A stretch of 64,000 nucleotides of DNA, taken from IMG/VR virus record IMGVR_UViG_2974630879_000001, positions 1 through 64,000 of that record. One strand, given 5' to 3'. The translations under genes were made by a program, and so were the position numbers. Below are positions 42,106-52,520 of this stretch, one piece after another. Position 1 is the first letter of the stretch, and each line of letters starts with the position of its first letter. The stretch is from a virus (lineage: Duplodnaviria > Caudoviricetes). Below the pieces are notes generated by a model. That model ran no database searches. It saw only the letters and a program-made list of their open reading frames with translations, and had not been told where the DNA came from.

Positions 42106-45100
42106 TCAGTTGACCAGATTGATCCAAGGATTCAAGAGTGGTGCCCGGAAGGCTTGGCCTACCCCGACAGAGTAGTCCAGGGAGCCGTCTGCGAGCTTCG
42201 CAAAGAGGTTGTCCTCGATAGGCAACCCAACACTACCGAACATCGTCGGAGCCGGTGCAGCGACAGCCAGGAGCGAATGCAGGGGGTTATTCCTGATCAT
42301 GCTCAGACCCACCTTGGCCGAACGAATCTTGAAGTTCCAGAACCAGAGAAGCCCAATGGATTCCAGGTAGCCACGGAACCGACCCGGCAGACGGTCGTAG
42401 TTAACGAACTCTTCCGTAATACGGCTCAGGGCGTACTCAGGCGACTTCTTCTGACGACGGGTGATGTCGTCATACAAGATCGCCTTAGCCACGAAGTCAC
42501 CGTACTGGATGGCTTTCTGCAAGCCCTGGTACAGAGCCGTGTCCTTGGTGATCAAGGCATAGCGACCAGCGGTGCGAACACTCTCAGGCAGACGATCAAC
42601 CATCTTCTCGATGTAGGCATTGAGCTTGCCCGAAGTCAGTTCGATATCGTCAGTGGTCATACCCACATCAGAGATCGCAGTGAACTCGCCTGCTTCGATC
42701 AATGGCCAGATCGACAAACGACGGTGAGCATCTCGAATTGAACGCAACTCAGCATTCAACTTACGAGTACCCACGATATCGTTGTTGGCTTCAGCCACAC
42801 GCAACTCACCTTCAGCTTCATCCATACGAACACGAGACTTGACGTAGCTGTCAATCTCAGCTGCCTTCTGAGGATAGCCACGAGCAACACTCAGCAATGG
42901 CACACCACGACCAACCAACTGATACACGTTAGCAATCGAGTTAGAGATCGGAACAACAACCGACTTCACCACGATGATCGTACGAGCATCCTGCACAAAG
43001 TTCTGAAGGACACGTTCTGCATTGGTCACATAGCTATAGGCTTTGTTACCGAACAGACCAAGTGCAACTTTCTTTGCAGTCTCAGTCGCTTCACGAGACC
43101 AGCGAGTATTGCCAGTGAACACGTCACCAGTCGATGCCGAACGATAGCCAATAGCATCGTTGAGCATGTCCTTACGAACGTAGAACTCCTCACCAAATTT
43201 CGACTTGATGTACTTACGAGTCTCAGCACTGAACAGGCTTGCTGCATCAGCAATTACCTTGTCAGTCTTCTTGTCGAACAGATCCACATACATCTCTTGT
43301 GCAGTGCTCGACGCCTTAGTGTCGGACTCGTACATGTCATGCAATGCATCAACCAGACGCTCATTGAAGAACTGAGCCTTCGCCTCTTCAACCTGGCGAC
43401 CACGCCAGACACCAATCATCTTGGCAAAGTGATCGTCTTTGTTGAGACGCTGCATCTGCTGTGGATCGACAGCACGCTCGTACGCCACAGCGTTACCCTT
43501 CTCATCCCAGATTGGCATGAGAGGCTCAGCCTGATTGGCAGTATTGGTTCGGCTGTAGGCAGCAGCTGCACGACTGATCAGTGCAACCTCTGCACGCTCA
43601 GTGATACGACCAGCAACCATCGTGTCGTGAGTGAAGCCGGTCACAGCATCCACACCGTTAGAGGTGTGACGAACATTCTGGAAGATGCCCTGATTGTAAG
43701 CAGCACGCCCAGATACAGGTGCATAGTAGTAGCCCTTCTTGGTTCGGCTACGCTCAAGGTAATCACCCTTGTAGTCAGCAACACGAACGTAGCTACGCTC
43801 AGCCAACTTGGAAAATTCCTTGTCCTCAGCAACCAATAGACTAACACCCGGCTGATCAAGCGTAGGGATATAGCCCTTGAATTGGTTGTACTGAGCACGG
43901 TTTGTCTGTGCCTTCGTGTACTCATCCTTACGCTGGCCACGCAGATAAGACACAGCAAACTCCATACCCTCAGCTTCGTTGGTGATCAGGTTAGCCAGAT
44001 CACTGCGAACCATGGGGGTAAGTGATTCCACTGCATACAGAGAAGTCAGCTGATCGATTGCGTCAATGACATCTTGACCAGGAGCCTTCCAGCTACCGCG
44101 ACGACTCTCATTGAACAGACGTGAGATAGCCAATGCATTGCGAAGCAGGTTGTTACCGGCTTCACCAGTCATCATGTAGTTGGCCAGTTGCTGCATCTTC
44201 TTCTGATACGTATCGAAGTTGATCGGCGAATGATTACGCACAGTGTCTTCCAACGCAGTGATACGTTGTGCACGGTAATTGTCATCAGCCACTGCTTGCA
44301 GTGCATCTGAATCCAATGCAGCCAAGTCCGTCTTACCGAGCCCACGATGCAACATGGACCACTGATCCTTAGTCAGCTCACGCTTGAACTTGCCGGCAAT
44401 GATGCCCGGCAGATGTTCGCGGAACTGCTGACGATCTTGTTGAACCATGGCACGAACAGTCTTGATCATGTCGTAGATGGTCGAGTTATTGTCAGTACGA
44501 CCAACCAGATCATTGAACAGATCTTGCAGTGGCTTCCAGAGATTTGAACGATTCGACATCTCCATAAAGCCCATAGCCACTTGAGCACCATTCTTCTCAG
44601 TCGCCATCTTGGCCATGATCTGTGCTGCATTCGCCAGCATACGACCAGCCTTGGTGGTAGCTCGCTGTTCAGCCTCAGTGGCCTTGACGATTGCAGCTTC
44701 GCTCAACTTCTCAACACCATCGACAATGTACTGATTGGCACGATCAAACACGCCACCAGTCTTGGAAGCGTATTGATCCATGGCACTTTGAGTGTCCTGC
44801 ATTGTGTCGTACATGTGGCTCATCAGAGCATCCATGGCAGAACCAATGTCACGAGACTTACTGGTACCAGACAGATATCCGCTCAGCTTATCCATCGCAG
44901 TCTGCCCAGCATTTTCCAACATGCCATCCAGAGTACGACCATCAGCACGGTCAGCCTTTGGCAATGCCATACGGCTCAGTGCACGACGCAAAGTGTCATT
45001 GGTCATCGACAATGCAACGAACACAGGCAGCAATGAACTACGACCCTTAACATCAGTCGTGGTCAAGTAGTTGCCCATGATTACATTGTACTGCTCTTGC

Positions 45101-48100
45101 GCATAGTAACGAGCAGCCTGTGGATCGACAGGATTCTCAGGCATCAAATCATCGACCGTCATGTTCTTGGTGACGTGAGTAAATAGTTCTTGAGCCTTAG
45201 CCAAAGCATTGGCATCAAGATCGATACTCATCGTCATAGCCGTCGTCAGATGACGGAACAATGCAGCTTCCTGCATGGTCATGGGGAAGCCATGAGCATT
45301 GACCATTGCAGTTAGAGCACTGGAATTACGCAGTGCATCTTGCAATTCCTTACGACGACTCTGGCCACTATGCGGATCAACACGAACACGCACATAGTCA
45401 GCAACCTTACGCATGAAGGTCTGTTGCAAAGCAATCAACCGATCATTGTTACCAAACAGTGGATTCTGGAACAGAGCCGTATCACGGACACCATCAGCAA
45501 TAGTCGGTGACGAACGAATGATCACTCCAGTGTTGAACTGAAGAGTGCTCAACGCATCGTCAGCAATTGCTGGTGCTTTCTTCTTGCCCCAGAACAATTG
45601 CTTCAGGAATTTCACAACATCCTTAGCCATTTGAACCAAGGAGGGTGATTGCTTCGTCTTGAGGTTTTCAGTCAACTGCTCATTGGTCAATGCCCAAGCC
45701 ATGAATTCATTGAGTGCCTTGGCCTTAGCCACAGCATCAGTGACATCAAGATCAGATTGAGCTTCAGTGATGACAGCCTGTGCAGTAGTCACAGCAACTT
45801 CGTTGCTCGTGTCCTGCATGAACTGATCCATCAAACCTTCAATACGAACAATGGCATCAGCCACTTCAGGAGAAGAGTTACCCTCGTAGTGAGCAAGTAC
45901 CTTTTCGAAAGTAGTGGCATGCACCTGCTCATGGATCAATGTTTCAACTGAAGCGTTGTAGAGGTAGATGGTCTTATCAGCAACGACAGTTGCACCCAGC
46001 TTGTCTCGCGGAGTGATGATCTTGCCAGTTGCATTCTGGTAAGCAGCAATCTGCTCAGCATTACCAAACACAACTTGCCAATCCTTCATAGACTGAGAAC
46101 GCTGGATCTCTCCGAAGATGACCTTCTGAGCATCCGTCATCTCAACCATACGGCCAAGATTCTGTAGAGCCGTGTACGACAGCACACGTGCACCAGACTT
46201 GTGAGCACGACCCACTTGATCCAAGGGGGCTGATACAGCAGCCACAGGTTTTGGGGTGACAGTAACGACACCACGCTTATCTCGTGCAGCCTTATACGCT
46301 GCCTGCAATGCAGCCAGTGGATCATCAACCGGAGCAACACCATTGCTATAGGGGGCACCCGCAGCAGCCATCTGGTCAACTGAGTTGGCTACAGCTTGTC
46401 GTGCAGTGATTCGATCAGCAGCAGATTCGGCAGACCATTTGAGATTCAGGCCCAGCTCTTCCATTGCAGCTTGGACGGCAGAGACGGTGTGTACTTCGTT
46501 CCTTTCCAGACGAATGCCCAGAGCGCGGTATAGCTCAACCAGCATCTCCTGTGAAACATCATCGAACGAAACATTCTTGCTGAACTTGACCCAAGAGTCA
46601 TTGACAGCAGCCAAAGGATTACCCTGCCAGCTCTGGTAAACAGCCTCATTGGCTCGACGGCTATAGTCCATCAGACGATTGTCCAATGCGATGTTCATAC
46701 CATCGAACACTTTCAGAGTGCCCTTGAGCTTTGCATTCGCAAGGTACTGCATCATCCGACCATCGCCAGAACCAATGGTCATGAAGGCAGCACCAGCAAC
46801 ACCAGCATTCGCTGGGCCATAGATGTAGGCATCAGTGCTCATGCGGCTGGCCTTAATCAGACCACGACCAAACTCTGACGCACCAACGTCAGTCTTTGTA
46901 GAACCAGCAATGTAGAAACGCTGTGCACCGGTATCAATCAGAGGAGCCAGAGTCTCCAACTTCTTGTAGATACCACGCAGCTCAGCCTGACTGAGGAACT
47001 CAGTCTTCTTCCAGTTCGGATCAGCAGCAGCCTTGGTTTCCAGAGCAGCAGCAACTTCACGCTTAAATGCATCTTCCAGGAAAATCGATTGGACTTGCGT
47101 TGCACGACGAAGGACTTCAACAGCCTTCATCATCGGCGCACCGACACTTGCAGTAATACCTTCCCGCATAGGTGCAACGAACAGATGCAGCATGTTCTGC
47201 TGAATGTTCTTGATCTGATCCGAGTTGAATTGGAACTCGACAGGATCAGCCATGTCCACACGCTTGGTCGGAGCATCATCCCACTTGATTCCGTTCTTGG
47301 TTCGAACAGGAACCACAGAAGTCAGCTCATCCATAGCAGCATAGAAAGTATCGAGCTTCTGCTGTGCATTGACATCGTTCACACCGAACATGGCCTGAGC
47401 CATGGAGATGGAACTATCAGCCTTCTGCATCGTGGCGACAGTAGACAGTCGCTCGTAGATCTTCTTGATCAGTGACTGAGTGACATTGCCTGCAATACCA
47501 TTCGCACCAGAACCATAGATGGTAATGGTGAGCGGATTCTTCAGTGCACCACGACCAAGAGTCAGTACACCAGTCTCATTGTCGAAAGTGATGTCGTTAC
47601 CAAAGAACGCATCCAGCACAGTAAACAGTCGGTTGATCTGATCAGTACCGTACTGATCATCAGCCAGTTCCTTACGCAGTGAGTCCACAGCCTTGGCTGT
47701 CTCATCCGTAGACGCTTGATAGAGATCCTTCGAATCAATGCTAGAACGGATCTCGTTAGCAGTCGTTGGTGCACCAAAGGTGACACCACCCTTACGCATG
47801 TTGTTGACCCACTGCTCACTGAAGTCACCAATCGTCATCAAGCCCATGGCATTGATTGGACCATTGGTCATACCGTCTGCTTCGAGATACAGGGAAGTGG
47901 TGAACTCACCACGATTACTGTCATCGAGACGAGCGTACTCACTCAGCGAATGCAGAGCAGCCGGAGTCATATCTGCACCAACAGCCTTGAAGGTGTTGAG
48001 CAAAGTATCGACATCGGTCTCATTGAGAATGTGGCTACCAGAGTTCAACGACTGAAGCAGACTGATTGCATCACCCATCGAAGCAAGCATGCCCTCGATC

Positions 48101-51100
48101 TTTGCAATAGCAGCAGGCCGCTCCATGTTGTGGACCTTGACACCAAAGTGCTGACCAACAGCAATGATGAAATTACCGTACTGATCAGGATCAGTCAGGT
48201 TCAATGTTGCACGAGTAGGCAGGATCGCCTCACGAACAACCTTGCTCGACTGAGGGCTGTACTTACCCAGCATCTGCATACGACCAACACGGGACATGTT
48301 GTAGCGGTAACGCACAGGCATGTCAGTGACATCTCGCCCAGCAGCCTGAGCAAGGTTGTTCACTTCGCCATACACACGAGCCAGTGAGTTCATGGCCGCA
48401 GTGATCGTACGGTTCTTACCTTCAAGGCTAGCTTCGTGTGCCTTGTTGAGTACTTGACCGCCCACATTACCTGCACCGAACAAACGTTGCAGAGCACCCA
48501 TACCCAGACCGGTATAGACATTGATCATCGTCTGGTTGACGTAGAACGGAGTCTTTTGTTCCTCACGCAAAGCTGACTGCTGATCCTCTGTGTTCTCAAC
48601 CAAAGGATTGTTCATCTGACGCTTGGCGACTTCCATCTTTACATCGTCGCCAATGAAGTTGACTTCCTCAGGCTCAAGCATAACCGCATGCTCAATTGCA
48701 TTCGGGTAATCATTGATGCCAGCAGGAATAGCGTCTTCAGCCACAACATAACGATTGAAGGTCTGACGATGATCCAAGCCGTGACGCTCATCCAAAGTCA
48801 CGTTGACAACATTCAACAGCTTGTTGTCCACCATGGCTTGAATGATCTCAGCAGCCATGGACTCAGGAATGCCCTCCACATAACCAAGTGGTGCATTGCT
48901 GTTAGCAGTCAGTCCCCAATAGGACTTGATCTTCTGAGCAAGCGTACGCTTAGCCTCAGCAGTACTCATGCCCTGGTTCAATTCTTCAATCAGATCACTA
49001 TCACCAATAGTGTCCATATTGAGACCGGTGTAAGCCTGAAAGTCTTCAGCCGTCATGTCTTGCGTATAGACATCACCATTGATCAGCCAATGCAGACCAG
49101 CAAGCACTGCGTTCTCAACCAGGTTCTGGTTGTACGTCAGCTTGCCATCTACGTTGTCAGTTATGTTGATCAGCTTACCGTCCAGCCAAGTGTTGACATC
49201 AGCCTGTCCACTCAGGAAACGACCACCAACATTCTTCTCAGACAGGAATGTTTGCAGCTGCTTGTCCAGACTTTTCTTGATCCACTTGGCTTCTGAAAAC
49301 AGTGAACTGTATCCACTAATGACATCTACAGTCACATCGTGACGCACAGCGTCACCCACATGACGAATGAAGTTCTGCCCAGAGGACAGTGCTTCTTGAA
49401 CCATGGCAAGAGGAGACTCACTACCTAGGGTGTGAGTGCGAGCCTCATCAGGCAGCGAGTAGGCTTCCTTGAACCGATTCGGATACTTGTCGGTTTGCAC
49501 CAAGCTGGGGAAGACAGCTTCCATACCTTGCGGCAAAGGCTCATCTTCAACAGTGCTCTGAGCTGGCTCGACAGTATCAACAACAGCATCTTCAGCTACG
49601 GTTTCGTTAGCTGGCTGGGGAGCAGAAGTAGGCTCCTCAATGACTTCCGGTTGGTTGCTAACGACCTCTTCACCGGACCTTGATTCTTCTATGACAGGTT
49701 CAGTTTCAGCTGAGGTATTATCCTCACGAGCCTGCACAGTAGGTTCCTCGGTAGGGGCCGAGTCCACAACGCGAGAGTTACGTCGGAACGAGTCCGCTAC
49801 TTCTTGGATCGGACCATCCAGACGCGAATCCAAGGAGACCGCACCGATATGTCCACCATTCAAGTCCGGGAACGAGTCGCTCAGGCCGTTGTAAACATTG
49901 GCCAATACTTGGGCTTCAAGCGCAATCTGGTGCGCTTGCTCAAGGGATTTCGTGGAGCGAGTGTTAACGTACAGCCCTTTTGCGGACTGCTTCCACGTCC
50001 GGTCAGGTTGAAGTGCCATGTAGGTGACACCATCAGCGTTCGGATTCCCCGCAGCAAAGTGAGCGTTGAGCGCCCCGACCTTGTTCTGCATATGTTGCAC
50101 GAACTCGCTAAAGTCGGTCAGAAGGGCACCAGCGAGGTTGAGGTTACCCGCAGCCACGGCCGAACGGATGCCCTTGTAGTGCACCAAGGCTGACTTCTCA
50201 CCATCACCCGTACGCATCGTATCGGTAGTGATCTGCTTCGCAACAAGATCCTGACGACGCTTCAGACCCAGACGATCTACAGCTTCATTGTATGCACGCT
50301 GTTCTTGCAGAATCGTCTTACTGAAAGTCAACGCAGCACGCTGATCAGGAGTCAAAACCAAACGTCCTTGGGACTCTTGGTAAAGAATCTGATCAGCAGT
50401 TGTTGGATCAAGCTTCTGGGGTGCAGTCTCTGCAACTACCAGGGCTTCATTGACCGCCTGCTTGCCAGCAGGAGTTTCCACATTCTCATCGGTCACTTGT
50501 GGAGCAATAGAGCCATCTTCAGCTGCCTGCATCTTCTGCATGACAGTCGTCAAGGCACGATTGATCTTCGGCGTATCCAGATTAGCCAACAGTCCTGCGT
50601 ACTGATTCAACAGTTGAGCTGGACGACTTTCCGGATCAAGACCATCCAAGCCAGCAGACTCACGCATCTTGAAGTCCTGTACGGACTGAGCCATGCGCAG
50701 TAGTGCGTAACCAGCTTCGATAGAATCCGGCGTATCTTCCTTCACTCGGTTGACAAACTCAGCCAAGTTCTGCATTGCCTCAACACGATTCCCAGCATTG
50801 AGAATCAGTGGGCGAATGTTCTCACCATAGCCAACTTCTTCGACTTCAGCCGGGTTAACCGTCAGCTGATTCATCAGAGTGTCTACGTAAGAGACAGCAT
50901 TAGCTTTCTCTTCTGGTGCAATGTCCTGTGCATCGATAGCTGCACGGATCTCTTCAGCAGCCATAGGCGCTTGAGCCACAGCTTCAGCAGCAGCATTGCC
51001 AACAACGGAGTCAGCCAATGGGCTACTCTTTTCATTTTCAGCAATGATGCGATTGCCACGCTCAACAAGACCATTGAAGACTGGAGACACAACAGACTTC

Positions 51101-52434
51101 AGACCTTGCATCGTGCCATTTGCTGCCTTTAGTGCAACACGACCACTTGCACCTGGAAGCTGGACAGTACCAGCAGCACTGAAGCCATACAGTGCACCTT
51201 GGCCCACTTGCTCACCAACACCTTCAGAGAGTTGTTGAGTTGGGTTGACGTTCTGTTGAATGGCATAGTTCTGGGCCAGACCACCAGTACCAGACTGGAT
51301 ACCTTCTTCCAGTGGTTCACGTACCAAAGCGTTAGCCAAGGCAGTACGCAGATTCGGCACATGGAATGGGCTTGCTTCAAAGCGAGCAACCAGGGCACCG
51401 GTAGCAGCAGCGATAGGAGCCTGGATGAGAGCAGCCTGACGACCAGCACTACTTGCCAGCTGTGTACGTGCATCCTCTTGGCTCACGCCAGAGGCGACCA
51501 GCTCACGGAACTGAGGACTCGTGCGGTTGAGTTCGTCAAACGACTGTTCCATGACGGCATTCGTCGTCTGCTGGTAAGCACCGCCAGCTTCCATAGCTGC
51601 AATGGCCGCAGGCGTCGATACAGCAGCACCCACACGCTCAGCAGCGATAGCAGCTGCCAGTGGAGCACCAGAGGCTCGACCAATCGCCTGGGCGATGGGA
51701 GCGCCGATAGCCCTCAAACCCTTGGTGATCGGACCAGCACCCAGCAGGGAACCGACAGCATCCGAGGTGCCCTGGATGAAAGTGGTTTCATCAGACACAC
51801 TATTGACGACCGTGTTGACCGTATCCCGACCAATCTGTCGGAGTGCCGCTGGGAACTCCCCCATGGACTCACGTTCGCTTTCGAACTGTGCCTGGGAGTC
51901 TCGGTTGTCCAGAGCCGTGACGGCCTGTGTGGAACGCCTACGAGCGTTCAGGACATCGGTTTGAGTACCTTGGACGAATTCGTTCGCATCTTGAATTTTT
52001 TCAGATGCCCAGGAACCGGCCTCATCACTGACAGCACCCAGAGCCAGGGCACCAATACCAGCGAATGCATTGCCCAAGCCGGAACCAACACCAGAGATGA
52101 TGTCAGCCGAAGCCTGTGACAGATTCCGGTTGTTCAGTGATTGGTCTCGTTGGAAGGCAGCATTGCCTGCCCCCTGAGCCAAGATGAGATTGGTAGCGTT
52201 GCTGCCGTACTTCGCATAGATATCCGAAGGCAGCATGGTGCGAAGATCTGCTTCCAGTTCACTCATCGTAGCTGCACCAGACTGGTTGCCCTGTCCAGCA
52301 GCTACTTGGTAGAAATCGACGCTGTTCATATCAGGCGTCGCAGGAGCAGCGACTTGCGCCGGGGCTGGCAGCACAGGGTCAGGAGTAACGACCGGGGTGC
52401 TCAGAGCCGAACGCAGAATGTCGGTGATCGCCAT
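42106..52434 (-). CDS. Virion-encapsidated RNA polymerase (N4 vRNAP, gp50-like)
   Basis: 3442 aa; SRVGR, motif A LEADGMTNG, motif B RGALKNPLTITIYG, motif C VFDG; no Cys seen in the portion scanned by eye, as in N4. Confidence 0.97.
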   Translation of the reverse strand: MAITDILRSALSTPVVTPDPVLPAPAQVAAPATPDMNSVDFYQVAAGQGNQSGAATMSELEADLRTMLPSDIYAKYGSNATNLILAQGAGNAAFQRDQSLNNRNLSQASADIISGVGSGLGNAFAGIGALALGAVSDEAGSWASEKIQDANEFVQGTQTDVLNARRRSTQAVTALDNRDSQAQFESERESMGEFPAALRQIGRDTVNTVVNSVSDETTFIQGTSDAVGSLLGAGPITKGLRAIGAPIAQAIGRASGAPLAAAIAAERVGAAVSTPAAIAAMEAGGAYQQTTNAVMEQSFDELNRTSPQFRELVASGVSQEDARTQLASSAGRQAALIQAPIAAATGALVARFEASPFHVPNLRTALANALVREPLEEGIQSGTGGLAQNYAIQQNVNPTQQLSEGVGEQVGQGALYGFSAAGTVQLPGASGRVALKAANGTMQGLKSVVSPVFNGLVERGNRIIAENEKSSPLADSVVGNAAAEAVAQAPMAAEEIRAAIDAQDIAPEEKANAVSYVDTLMNQLTVNPAEVEEVGYGENIRPLILNAGNRVEAMQNLAEFVNRVKEDTPDSIEAGYALLRMAQSVQDFKMRESAGLDGLDPESRPAQLLNQYAGLLANLDTPKINRALTTVMQKMQAAEDGSIAPQVTDENVETPAGKQAVNEALVVAETAPQKLDPTTADQILYQESQGRLVLTPDQRAALTFSKTILQEQRAYNEAVDRLGLKRRQDLVAKQITTDTMRTGDGEKSALVHYKGIRSAVAAGNLNLAGALLTDFSEFVQHMQNKVGALNAHFAAGNPNADGVTYMALQPDRTWKQSAKGLYVNTRSTKSLEQAHQIALEAQVLANVYNGLSDSFPDLNGGHIGAVSLDSRLDGPIQEVADSFRRNSRVVDSAPTEEPTVQAREDNTSAETEPVIEESRSGEEVVSNQPEVIEEPTSAPQPANETVAEDAVVDTVEPAQSTVEDEPLPQGMEAVFPSLVQTDKYPNRFKEAYSLPDEARTHTLGSESPLAMVQEALSSGQNFIRHVGDAVRHDVTVDVISGYSSLFSEAKWIKKSLDKQLQTFLSEKNVGGRFLSGQADVNTWLDGKLINITDNVDGKLTYNQNLVENAVLAGLHWLINGDVYTQDMTAEDFQAYTGLNMDTIGDSDLIEELNQGMSTAEAKRTLAQKIKSYWGLTANSNAPLGYVEGIPESMAAEIIQAMVDNKLLNVVNVTLDERHGLDHRQTFNRYVVAEDAIPAGINDYPNAIEHAVMLEPEEVNFIGDDVKMEVAKRQMNNPLVENTEDQQSALREEQKTPFYVNQTMINVYTGLGMGALQRLFGAGNVGGQVLNKAHEASLEGKNRTITAAMNSLARVYGEVNNLAQAAGRDVTDMPVRYRYNMSRVGRMQMLGKYSPQSSKVVREAILPTRATLNLTDPDQYGNFIIAVGQHFGVKVHNMERPAAIAKIEGMLASMGDAISLLQSLNSGSHILNETDVDTLLNTFKAVGADMTPAALHSLSEYARLDDSNRGEFTTSLYLEADGMTNGPINAMGLMTIGDFSEQWVNNMRKGGVTFGAPTTANEIRSSIDSKDLYQASTDETAKAVDSLRKELADDQYGTDQINRLFTVLDAFFGNDITFDNETGVLTLGRGALKNPLTITIYGSGANGIAGNVTQSLIKKIYERLSTVATMQKADSSISMAQAMFGVNDVNAQQKLDTFYAAMDELTSVVPVRTKNGIKWDDAPTKRVDMADPVEFQFNSDQIKNIQQNMLHLFVAPMREGITASVGAPMMKAVEVLRRATQVQSIFLEDAFKREVAAALETKAAADPNWKKTEFLSQAELRGIYKKLETLAPLIDTGAQRFYIAGSTKTDVGASEFGRGLIKASRMSTDAYIYGPANAGVAGAAFMTIGSGDGRMMQYLANAKLKGTLKVFDGMNIALDNRLMDYSRRANEAVYQSWQGNPLAAVNDSWVKFSKNVSFDDVSQEMLVELYRALGIRLERNEVHTVSAVQAAMEELGLNLKWSAESAADRITARQAVANSVDQMAAAGAPYSNGVAPVDDPLAALQAAYKAARDKRGVVTVTPKPVAAVSAPLDQVGRAHKSGARVLSYTALQNLGRMVEMTDAQKVIFGEIQRSQSMKDWQVVFGNAEQIAAYQNATGKIITPRDKLGATVVADKTIYLYNASVETLIHEQVHATTFEKVLAHYEGNSSPEVADAIVRIEGLMDQFMQDTSNEVAVTTAQAVITEAQSDLDVTDAVAKAKALNEFMAWALTNEQLTENLKTKQSPSLVQMAKDVVKFLKQLFWGKKKAPAIADDALSTLQFNTGVIIRSSPTIADGVRDTALFQNPLFGNNDRLIALQQTFMRKVADYVRVRVDPHSGQSRRKELQDALRNSSALTAMVNAHGFPMTMQEAALFRHLTTAMTMSIDLDANALAKAQELFTHVTKNMTVDDLMPENPVDPQAARYYAQEQYNVIMGNYLTTTDVKGRSSLLPVFVALSMTNDTLRRALSRMALPKADRADGRTLDGMLENAGQTAMDKLSGYLSGTSKSRDIGSAMDALMSHMYDTMQDTQSAMDQYASKTGGVFDRANQYIVDGVEKLSEAAIVKATEAEQRATTKAGRMLANAAQIMAKMATEKNGAQVAMGFMEMSNRSNLWKPLQDLFNDLVGRTDNNSTIYDMIKTVRAMVQQDRQQFREHLPGIIAGKFKRELTKDQWSMLHRGLGKTDLAALDSDALQAVADDNYRAQRITALEDTVRNHSPINFDTYQKKMQQLANYMMTGEAGNNLLRNALAISRLFNESRRGSWKAPGQDVIDAIDQLTSLYAVESLTPMVRSDLANLITNEAEGMEFAVSYLRGQRKDEYTKAQTNRAQYNQFKGYIPTLDQPGVSLLVAEDKEFSKLAERSYVRVADYKGDYLERSRTKKGYYYAPVSGRAAYNQGIFQNVRHTSNGVDAVTGFTHDTMVAGRITERAEVALISRAAAAYSRTNTANQAEPLMPIWDEKGNAVAYERAVDPQQMQRLNKDDHFAKMIGVWRGRQVEEAKAQFFNERLVDALHDMYESDTKASSTAQEMYVDLFDKKTDKVIADAASLFSAETRKYIKSKFGEEFYVRKDMLNDAIGYRSASTGDVFTGNTRWSREATETAKKVALGLFGNKAYSYVTNAERVLQNFVQDARTIIVVKSVVVPISNSIANVYQLVGRGVPLLSVARGYPQKAAEIDSYVKSRVRMDEAEGELRVAEANNDIVGTRKLNAELRSIRDAHRRLSIWPLIEAGEFTAISDVGMTTDDIELTSGKLNAYIEKMVDRLPESVRTAGRYALITKDTALYQGLQKAIQYGDFVAKAILYDDITRRQKKSPEYALSRITEEFVNYDRLPGRFRGYLESIGLLWFWNFKIRSAKVGLSMIRNNPLHSLLAVAAPAPTMFGSVGLPIEDNLFAKLADGSLDYSVGVGQAFRAPLLNPWINLVN

Positions 52435-52481
52435 CTTGGTTGGAGTCCTTGTTAGAGGTAAGTTGGTAGAGACTACAATAA

Positions 52482-52506
52482 CAGAAAACCCCGCCGGAGC
52501 GGGGTC
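52482..52506 (-). terminator. Terminator upstream of vRNAP (minus strand)
   Basis: Minus strand ACCCCGC-TCCG-GCGGGGT-TTTCT. Confidence 0.65.
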
Positions 52507-52520
52507 TTCCTTGTTGCAGT

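Noticed and set aside
42154-52119. Many plus-strand ORFs antisense to vRNAP and other long antisense ORFs throughout
   Set aside because: Shadow frames of strongly codon-biased genes; no RBS or motifs.
29903-52434. Inteins, introns or frameshifts in DNA polymerase, primase or vRNAP
   Set aside because: Lengths and motif spacing match uninterrupted N4-like proteins.
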